From assembly GCA_048882505.1 (NCBI GenBank), contig JBHLRO010000064.1:1-5189 (forward strand): DNA of 5,189 nucleotides. The letters are read 5' to 3'. Numbering within the stretch: the first letter of the stretch is position 1; each line of letters starts with the position of its first letter. The stretch is from Candidatus Thorarchaeota archaeon. Its GTDB lineage: Archaea > Asgardarchaeota > Heimdallarchaeia > Hodarchaeales > Hodarchaeaceae. The notes beneath the pieces were generated by a model. That model saw nothing but the letters and a program-made list of their open reading frames with translations, was not told the origin of the DNA and searched no databases. Below, in pieces: positions 1 through 5,189 of this stretch. The position numbers and the translations under genes are program-made.

Positions 1-53
1 ATGATATAGCGTCCAACCTTGATACTTCCAACCTTTTTGGGTTCATAGGCCAT
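1..53 (-). CDS. eif5a: Archaeal translation factor aIF5A (eIF5A/EF-P family), N-terminal 17 codons; runs off the left edge
   Basis: Minus strand from ATG at 53 reads MAYEPKKVGSIKVGRYI. This matches the aIF5A N-terminal pattern (V/A)G(S/E)(L/I)K(V/E)GxY(I/V) that precedes IDGEPC and the hypusine loop. GGTGA lies 7 nt upstream. The diagnostic GKHG motif is outside the window. Confidence 0.78.
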   Translation of the reverse strand, partial: MAYEPKKVGSIKVGRYI

Positions 54-60
54 TTATAAA

Positions 61-65
61 TCACC
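61..65 (-). promoter_or_regulatory. Shine-Dalgarno site (GGTGA) of the aIF5A-like gene
   Basis: The minus strand reads GGTGA-TTTATAA-ATG. GGTGA is part of the archaeal GGAGGTGA consensus and the spacing is 7 nt. Confidence 0.6.
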
Positions 66-299
66 AGTATAGCAGATCAAATTTTGAAATCGACCCCTTA
101 GTCTCGAAGAGACTTGTGCGCAAATATTTCATGATCTCAAAACCATATCAGCGTTATTAAGCTTATGCCTCTCCCCCCACAGCAATATTAAAATCTTTCT
201 CGAGCATTTCGATATTTCACACCCAGGACTAATCCAACGTCTTATACAAGTTAAAGGGTTGAAGAGTAGTTAAAAGGTTATTGAGCTAGTATTGAGAAG

Positions 300-711
300 C
301 TACACAATACGGCCATGGGTCATATGGTACTTTCTGAGTTGTCTATCTGTCCAGTGGCCATATTTAGCTTCAGCCTGCGCTAAGACCTGCGTGAGCTTGA
401 TCGGCTGGCCTTGGAGCTGCTCGTAGCTCGTCGGATGCCCAGTCGGGGTTTTGATTCGGCACCAGTTCCCGAGTCCTATACGGAACTCGATCCTTCTTGT
501 CCTTCTCTTGTACCATTTTTTCCTGGGTTTTTGGTATCCTAAGGAAGACTTGGCGCCCTTGCTCCCACAGCTTCTTCACAAACCGCCAGCTACGGGTATT
601 GAGTAGATACCCCTCGTAAATGCTTTCGGTCTTTCTATATTGTTTCACTGTCTTCCAATACAGCTTCTTTTCTTTAATGTCCTGCTTTTCTTCCTTGGTG
701 AGGTATTTCAT
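300..711 (-). pseudogene. Frameshifted gene for a basic hypothetical protein (about 136 aa when repaired)
   Basis: The track ORF 370-711 is protein-like up to ...VFLRIPK. A +1 shift at the A5 run (528-532) gives PRKKWYKRRTRRIEFRIGLGNWCRIKTPTGHPTSYEQLQGQPIKLTQVLAQAEAKYGHWTDRQLRKYHMTHGRIV, ending at TAG 302-300. That second frame is open for about 90 codons without an ATG start. Confidence 0.5.
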
Positions 712-991
712 CGCGGGTGGGTCAATTTGCTGTCTAGAACAAGGTCAGTTAACATTCTGTTTGATTGATCACGACGGGAAGAGAAGGTGTTACAGAAGTC
801 CAAATGATCCGAAAAAATTTAGGAAAACCTCCTCAGAACCGATTGAGTTTTCTTCATCCGTGCAAATTCATCTCCTGTTCTAGCTCAAAGTTAAAATCTT
901 CGGAAAAGCAAATAACACAAGTTTCAACATTTTTGGAGACTTTAAGGTGCCCCGCTTCTGTTCTTTCCCCAATATTTTTTCGTTTAACCAT
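712..991 (-). pseudogene. Possible decayed 5' part of the 300-711 gene, or a separate 45-aa ORF (991-854)
   Basis: ATG at 991 gives MVKRKNIGERTEAGHLKVSKNVETCVICFSEDFNFELEQEMNLHG*RKLNRF*GGFPKFFRIIWTSV. One +1 shift then gives HLLFPS*SIKQNVN*PCSRQQIDPPA, running into M711. All four stops are TGA (854-856, 833-835, 769-771, 745-747). No SD is evident before ATG 711. Confidence 0.3.
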
Positions 992-1011
992 TTAAGCCAC
1001 TTTTTTTCTTC

Positions 1012-1115
1012 TAATTAATATCTCTAAACTTGATTTAATCGGTAGTAATTTGAGATATGATTCAGAATGATAAACAATTCTTTCAAATCTTAATCTTTAT
1101 ATAATTAATATGTCT
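1012..1115. repeat. Direct repeat TAATTAATAT(C/G)TCT at 1012-1025 and 1102-1115
   Basis: The two copies are 13/14 identical and exactly 90 bp apart, in a region of about 22% GC (hand count 33/150 for 991-1140). Confidence 0.5.
1096..1103 (+). promoter_or_regulatory. Putative archaeal TATA box for the 1143 ORF
   Basis: TTTATATA matches TTTAWATA. A start site about 25 nt downstream would fall just before the SD at 1127. Confidence 0.55.
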
Positions 1116-1126
1116 TAAAAACAATA

Positions 1127-1133
1127 GAGGTGA
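1127..1133 (+). promoter_or_regulatory. Shine-Dalgarno site GAGGTGA
   Basis: This is a 7-nt match to GGAGGTGA, 9 nt upstream of ATG 1143. Confidence 0.7.
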
Positions 1134-1142
1134 TTCAATAGC

Positions 1143-1661
1143 ATGAACGCTCAATATTCACAAATCCCATATCCCACCCCATTAGACCTACTTTCAGGGG
1201 TTTTCTATATGGAAGACGAAGGCGCAGAATGGCTGAGCGTGGCATCAATTTTACGACACTTCGACTTAAGCGCTGCGGAATTTGGTTTATTCCTCAGGCA
1301 ATATTGTCGGATGAATGATGATTGGGAGGATTTTCCTTATTTTGACCGTTTTGGGAAACTAACAAATGCTGTATATTCATTTATCCAGTACAAATACGAT
1401 AACCACCTAAATGTCAAACTAAAAGATCAATCTTTTGACGAAATTAAACGTCTACCATTTCCTCAAACCCCATTACGTCCTGAAGCGGTCGTAGAAGGAT
1501 TTGGGGCGGAAAACCGACGCCCTTTACATAAGGAAATTTCCGAAAACTCAAAATTCTTAGAGAATCTCAAGGTTTTTCGCATTAACTATCAGGACCAGCT
1601 TGCACAAGACCCTTTTTTAGATGCCTTATGCACATTCATCCAAAAGGAAGGCCAGGTTTGA
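1143..1661 (+). CDS. Hypothetical protein (172 aa) with one copy of an HFxLSxxxFxxF helical repeat; possibly the N-terminal part of an 876-codon gene
   Basis: The ORF has a strong SD and a TATA box. Residues 36-56 are 12/21 identical to residues 211-231 of the next ORF. It ends in TGA, in frame with the next ORF. Confidence 0.85.
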   Translation: MNAQYSQIPYPTPLDLLSGVFYMEDEGAEWLSVASILRHFDLSAAEFGLFLRQYCRMNDDWEDFPYFDRFGKLTNAVYSFIQYKYDNHLNVKLKDQSFDEIKRLPFPQTPLRPEAVVEGFGAENRRPLHKEISENSKFLENLKVFRINYQDQLAQDPFLDALCTFIQKEGQV

Positions 1662-1667
1662 AATCCC

Positions 1668-3773
1668 ATGCCTCTTGCCAATAAATTCACAGTTAACCCG
1701 CATTTAAATCACGCCACACCGGCAGCCGAGATCCTAATTGGGATTTTAGGTATGCCTCCCTCCTCTGAGCCTAAAGTGGAACGTGTAGCATCTATATTCG
1801 GATTTTTCAGTCGTTTTCACCTCCATGGACGTAAAGGAGAGGATTTCCCACATTTCAAGTTTGGACTGAATGATTTTGTCCATTTCGTATCACAGGTTTG
1901 TGGTAAGAAGTATCTCTCTTATTTATGGAGCAAGAATCCGATCGATTTAGAACAGCTGACTTACCAATATTTAACGATGAAGTATGAACAGGCAATCCTA
2001 CACCTAGATCAACCCCGAGTTCCCATACAATACGAAAAACAACGCCTAAGCCGGTTTTTCGTATTTACCCAAGCGACGAGGAGAGGTTTTGACACCTTCT
2101 TACAAGAACTAGATCTTATTTCATCAACCGAAGGGGGAGTTCGACCTGATGAAGAGACTAATTCGGTAGAAGTAAGGTATCTATTCGCTCTTCGGGAATT
2201 CATGGAAATTGAGCACAAATTAAAGAAGACCTCATCAGAATCCATATTTCATGCATTCATATCTAGAAATCCAGTGGTGGTTGATGAAATCCATAGAATC
2301 CTGAAACATTTTTCCTTAAGCATGTTTGATTTCGGCCTGTTCTTTCGAGAAAGGGCTAGAAGATTATATTATGGAAAATTATCCTCTGAAGATGAGTCAG
2401 AATATCGGACCATTCCTGCAAGTATTGTTGTACAGATTCTGTTTCAGTTTTTAGATTTCATAATCCGAGACAGGGCATATCGCTATTATCGCCTTGCGGC
2501 TAAGTCAGTTCCGAGTCTTAAAATAGAGCAAGCAAGCATTTTTCTTACAGACTATGACCTTGCAGATCCTATACCCATTCTGGAGCGGATTTTAAAGTTT
2601 AACATGTATAATAGAGGAAGTCGCGGTTGGCTGTGGAAGTCAAAAGACGAAAACCAAGGCTCCCCCATTCAAGAACTCATCTTCGAGGAAATATACCGTC
2701 ACCCGAAACCATTCCAAGATTTAACAGAAGTATTCCAAACTTACAAAGATAAATTTGCTTATTTTCAAAAAATCCTTATCGATAATAGTGTCGAGATGCT
2801 GGCCTTCCTAAATACCATCAAAGAAAAACACCCCAGAGTGAAAAATGATGAATTCATGATTAAACTAGGAAATTTTGTGAAAGATAGATGTAAACGGGAA
2901 AGGATCCTAAGTTTGTTGCCCTCGCATCTTTCCTCTCAACACGTGACCCTTATTGAGTCATTGGACTCCCCATATCCTCTACATAAGCTTATTTATGATC
3001 TAAGATATCATGATATCCAACTACTGAGTCTTAATGAATACGAATTTAGAAGAAAGTACTCATTACCTGCAGGTCTTACTAAGGATCAACTAAAAACTTT
3101 AATTTATTTCGTCTTTCTCGATCATCGTCCTGTTCATGCAGCAGGTATCGTTCAATTCCTCAGTGAAGTAAATTTCCTCAGTAAAGTGATTTCTAAGGGA
3201 ATTATCACTCAGCTTCTGATAGAAATGGTTGCGGAGGGATTAATGACTACTCTCCATCCTGAAGAACCTCCTAACTTGAGACAATACCTATTTGTTACCG
3301 ATGGAACCCAATGGAATGTCTCCCTAGAGCCAAGCAAAATGATACAAGGGGATGACCATTCCATACTACGGGGAATTGTTTTTCCTCTACCTCTGATAAA
3401 TGCTTTATCGACACAACAGAAATTTCTCCTATATATTCTGTCCGAGGAATTGAAATACAAAGACCTACCTCTCCTCAAGAAGGAGGGGATCCAACATTAC
3501 TACCAGACCTACTGCAATGCCTACGGCCAACCAGCTATTCTAAGGAGCAAATTCCATAATACAATGGATCTTCTCGAGAGATTGGACTTGATTTATAGAC
3601 CTACTCCCATACCTCCAGAGAAATATAAGAAATTTATTACTACTAACCCTCTCCTCCGCGATGTCATCACTCTGGCACAATTTAGGGACCAGCTATGTAA
3701 AGATGGCATTAAAGGTTTGCAGTTTCACCGAACTTTGGGCATTGCGGGTAAATCGTATCTGAAAACTCATTAA
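1668..3773 (+). CDS. Hypothetical protein (701 aa) with N-terminal helical repeats and C-terminal tandem winged-helix-like domains; putative DNA-binding protein
   Basis: This is an uninterrupted 701-codon ORF in low-GC DNA. Repeat copies lie at about aa 17-111 and 205-267, a wHTH-like segment at aa 470-544, and an Orc1/Cdc6 C-terminal WH-like segment at aa 577-660. No Walker A or B motif was found. Confidence 0.92.
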   Translation: MPLANKFTVNPHLNHATPAAEILIGILGMPPSSEPKVERVASIFGFFSRFHLHGRKGEDFPHFKFGLNDFVHFVSQVCGKKYLSYLWSKNPIDLEQLTYQYLTMKYEQAILHLDQPRVPIQYEKQRLSRFFVFTQATRRGFDTFLQELDLISSTEGGVRPDEETNSVEVRYLFALREFMEIEHKLKKTSSESIFHAFISRNPVVVDEIHRILKHFSLSMFDFGLFFRERARRLYYGKLSSEDESEYRTIPASIVVQILFQFLDFIIRDRAYRYYRLAAKSVPSLKIEQASIFLTDYDLADPIPILERILKFNMYNRGSRGWLWKSKDENQGSPIQELIFEEIYRHPKPFQDLTEVFQTYKDKFAYFQKILIDNSVEMLAFLNTIKEKHPRVKNDEFMIKLGNFVKDRCKRERILSLLPSHLSSQHVTLIESLDSPYPLHKLIYDLRYHDIQLLSLNEYEFRRKYSLPAGLTKDQLKTLIYFVFLDHRPVHAAGIVQFLSEVNFLSKVISKGIITQLLIEMVAEGLMTTLHPEEPPNLRQYLFVTDGTQWNVSLEPSKMIQGDDHSILRGIVFPLPLINALSTQQKFLLYILSEELKYKDLPLLKKEGIQHYYQTYCNAYGQPAILRSKFHNTMDLLERLDLIYRPTPIPPEKYKKFITTNPLLRDVITLAQFRDQLCKDGIKGLQFHRTLGIAGKSYLKTH
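3075..3299 (+). other. Winged helix-turn-helix-like domain 1 (PadR/MarR-like pattern), aa 470-544
   Basis: LTKDQLKTLIYFVFLDHRPVHAAGIVQFLSE...ISKGIITQLLIEMVAEGLMTT...PNLRQYLFVT follows the wHTH layout, including the Lxx(L/M)xxxGL(I/M) helix end and an RxYxxT-type wing strand. Pattern recognition only. Confidence 0.5.
3396..3647 (+). other. Orc1/Cdc6 C-terminal winged-helix-like domain, aa 577-660
   Basis: INALSTQQKFLLYIL...IQHYYQTYCNAYGQPAILRSKFHNTMDLLERLDLIYR parallels the Cdc6_C pattern as I recall it: IxxLPxQQKLxLxAI...VYxxYxxLCxxxGxxPLxxRRFxxxLxxLExLGLI. Confidence 0.62.
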
Positions 3774-3780
3774 AACATGG

Positions 3781-3791
3781 CGATTGAATCA
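3781..3791 (-). repeat. TGATTCAATCG, inverted copy of a motif also found at 1031-1041 and 1131-1141
   Basis: The three copies are TGATTTAATCG (1031), TGATTCAATAG (1131) and, on the reverse strand, TGATTCAATCG (3791-3781). The core GATT-N-AATC is palindromic. Confidence 0.45.
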
Positions 3792-3803
3792 TGGAACCAG
3801 ATA

Positions 3804-4638
3804 TTAAGATACGATCTCCCCGTTGTTGCCGTGTCTATGTCCCTTGATACAGCAATGGATCGCAAACCTGGCCTCCGTGGGCGTTGCGCCGTTGTCGAGG
3901 AGAATGATTTCGCGTCGAATCTCTGTCCCCTCACACCACGGACAACGGTCTGTATCGGGGGATACCGAAGTGCGACAATGTGGGCACTGGACGAAGAGGG
4001 TGAAATCCTTCCCCTTCCTGAGTTCCTTGATGAGATCTAACGGAAATGGGATTGCTTCGTCCCCCTACAACCGAACAATCTCACTCACCATGTGCGGCGG
4101 AAGCTCGATGTCCATGCATTGTAACAACCGAGTGAATCCCACTGCATACACTTGGTGATCCTTCGTCTCCTCAATCAGCGTCTAATCACTGGTTTCTCCA
4201 TTATATATGCCTTGTCGTCGGTGGGGTCGAAGTAATAACGCCCCTAAATTCTGAGATCCCTTTGGAGGGCACCGTTTGGATTAAACTGGATATCCAGGAG
4301 AGGCGAGAATGTGAACTCTCGGGACACAATCGAGTTTGAATGAGGATTTAGCCAAATCTGTCGGTCGTAATAACATAATCATTTACCCTCTATGTCGTGA
4401 TCCAACCTCTCGTTTTCGGGATATGAGGTAACTAAAACTAGAAGGACAAAACGTCATAGATTTCGTGACTATGAACAATATGGGAAGTGATGTATAGAAT
4501 TAGCTTTCATTCTTTTGTTAGTATAAAAGCATGTGTTGGAAATGGGGGTAGAAAATATGGTGTTTCATTATGATGTTGTTTCGAAATCTCCGTTTCCAAG
4601 TTTTTGATTTTTTACTTGAAAGTATGATACTTAACCAT
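3804..4638 (-). pseudogene. Disrupted gene for a roughly 278-aa protein with a C-terminal C4 zinc ribbon
   Basis: The path runs from ATG 4638 to TAA 3806-3804. It needs two -1 shifts (T4 run at 4448-4451; about 4178-4185). Internal stops are TAA 4612-14, TGA 4507-09, TGA 4379-81, TAG 4244-46 and TAG 4065-67. The last 86 codons are open: GDEAIPFPLDLIKELRKGKDFTLFVQCPHCRTSVSPDTDRCPWCEGTEIRREIILLDNG...GEIVS. The 3' half is much better supported than the 5' part. Confidence 0.6.
3933..3986 (-). other. Zinc ribbon motif CPHC-x10-CPWC
   Basis: Direct translation gives CPHCRTSVSPDTDRCPWC, the spacing typical of zinc-ribbon/DZR-type domains. Confidence 0.7.
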
Positions 4639-4642
4639 ATAT

Positions 4643-5059
4643 TTATGGGATTCTTATGCCTTCTGTTTGCGATTTTTCCAATATCTGTCTGGGAATCACA
4701 GATTACCCAATCCCCATACCGTTGGGAACAGTAATTTCGGATAAACGTGGTAGCCGTGGTCACATACTGGTTCCGTGTCGGTAAATTGGTCACCTCCCAG
4801 TGCTGAAGCACCCCAATAAAATCTGTCACATATTTGCGGTACTGGTCGGGGTACTGGCTCACCACCTGCGGAAGGCGCTCTACCAACAGTTGCAGAAGCC
4901 GCCATTTACGTTCCACGTACCAACCCACCAAAAACTACCCTGATCCATGACTGCCCCCCTAAAATATTTTACCAAATAGTGGAGTGAAAGTGACCAAAAT
5001 CGCGAAATCTCTAAGAAGAACTCCTCTTTGGGCACCTAACGGGTCAAACATGATTTCAT
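4643..5059 (-). pseudogene. Disrupted gene for a roughly 135-140 aa hypothetical protein, upstream of and probably co-transcribed with the zinc-ribbon gene
   Basis: MKSCLTR*VPKEEFFLEISRFWSLSLHYLVKYFRGAVMDQGSF is followed by a -1 shift at T5 (4930-4934). It continues LVGWYVERKWRLLQLLVERLPQVVSQYPDQYRKYVTDF...WVICDS (the core of track ORF 4518-4931). A +1 shift at C3 (4691-4693) gives RQILEKSQTEGIRIP, ending at TAA 4645-4643, only 4 nt before ATG 4638. Confidence 0.42.
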
Positions 5060-5112
5060 GGGTAGCTATTTTAAATCTTAGAAGCTTAAAGGCTCGATGG
5101 AACCGTACTAGC

Positions 5113-5189
5113 TCAAAACACCCTGAAACCATGCGCATTTGCGGTCCGTCGGATTCGTTCTCTAAATTCCCCTTCAGGGACATTATAAT
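5113..5189 (-). CDS. Possible 3' end of a gene entering from the right edge
   Basis: The frame from 5187 reads YNVPEGEFRERIRRTANAHGFRVF, then TGA 5115-5113. This looks more protein-like than the overlapping track ORF 4959-5183, but it is too short to identify. Confidence 0.3.
   Translation of the reverse strand, partial: YNVPEGEFRERIRRTANAHGFRVF

Noticed and set aside
350-357. TCCAGTGG as an ORB element
   Set aside because: It is only an 8-nt partial match, with no GAAAC or adjacent G-string and no intergenic partner copies.
899-925. TCVICFSED as the start of a RING finger
   Set aside because: The remaining Cys/His ligands of a RING domain are absent in the downstream frames examined.
620-995. 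Plus-strand track ORFs 620-883 and 765-995
   Set aside because: They are antisense to the more protein-like minus-strand frames, have no SD and show atypical Ser/Phe/Cys-rich composition.
163-1100. A single long minus-strand frame (that of ORF 370-711) read through all stops
   Set aside because: Outside 370-711 the stop density is about what random AT-rich DNA gives, so it is not evidence of coding.
1659-1661. Selenocysteine at the in-frame TGA, or pyrrolysine at the TAG codons
   Set aside because: There is no redox CxxU-type context and no recognisable SECIS after 3773. The TAG codons occur in frameshifted remnants with no methyltransferase signature.
2009-3478. Minus-strand track ORFs 2009-2245 and 3209-3478
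   Set aside because: They lie entirely within the 701-aa ORF on the opposite strand and are shadow ORFs.
3744-3758. IAGKS near the C-terminus as a Walker A motif
   Set aside because: The residue five positions before GK is Thr, not Gly or Ala. The motif is six residues from the end, with no Walker B.
3777-4158. Plus-strand track ORFs 3777-4040 (in frame with the 701-aa ORF) and 3823-4158
   Set aside because: They overlap the zinc-ribbon frame on the opposite strand, which has a recognisable motif. Neither has an SD, and the intervening stop is TAA.
4286-4297. 12-bp perfect palindrome CTGGATATCCAG
   Set aside because: About one is expected by chance in 5 kb, and it lies inside a coding remnant.
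4696-5183. Track ORFs 4696-4905 and 4959-5183 as independent genes
   Set aside because: Alternative frames over the same bases look more protein-like. A two-TAG read-through of 5183-4518 in a single frame cannot be excluded but has no support.
1-5189. CRISPR array, tRNA/rRNA, DGR template/variable repeat, intact IS element
   Set aside because: I saw no regularly spaced repeats, cloverleaf, long near-identical repeat pair, reverse transcriptase or complete transposase motif.

Overview
This is probably archaeal DNA, judged from GGTGA/GAGGTGA ribosome-binding sites, a TTTATATA box and an aIF5A-like gene start. The lineage cannot be assigned from the sequence alone. The left edge holds the first 17 codons of a minus-strand aIF5A gene; the rest looks like a decaying accessory island. 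Its intact core is a plus-strand, low-GC pair of same-frame ORFs (1143-1661 and 1668-3773) separated only by TGA-AAT-CCC. They share an unrecognised helical repeat, and the longer one ends in two winged-helix-like domains, the last resembling the Orc1/Cdc6 C-terminal winged helix, with no AAA+ Walker motifs. An AT-rich intergenic region with short repeats lies upstream, and a TGATTYAATMG motif occurs at both ends of the cassette. Both flanks contain minus-strand gene remnants that the ORF track misses or mis-frames, including a CxxC-x10-CxxC zinc-ribbon gene. These are broken by single-base frameshifts and by internal stops that are nearly all TGA or TAG. All reconstructions and alignments were done by eye, with no database searches.
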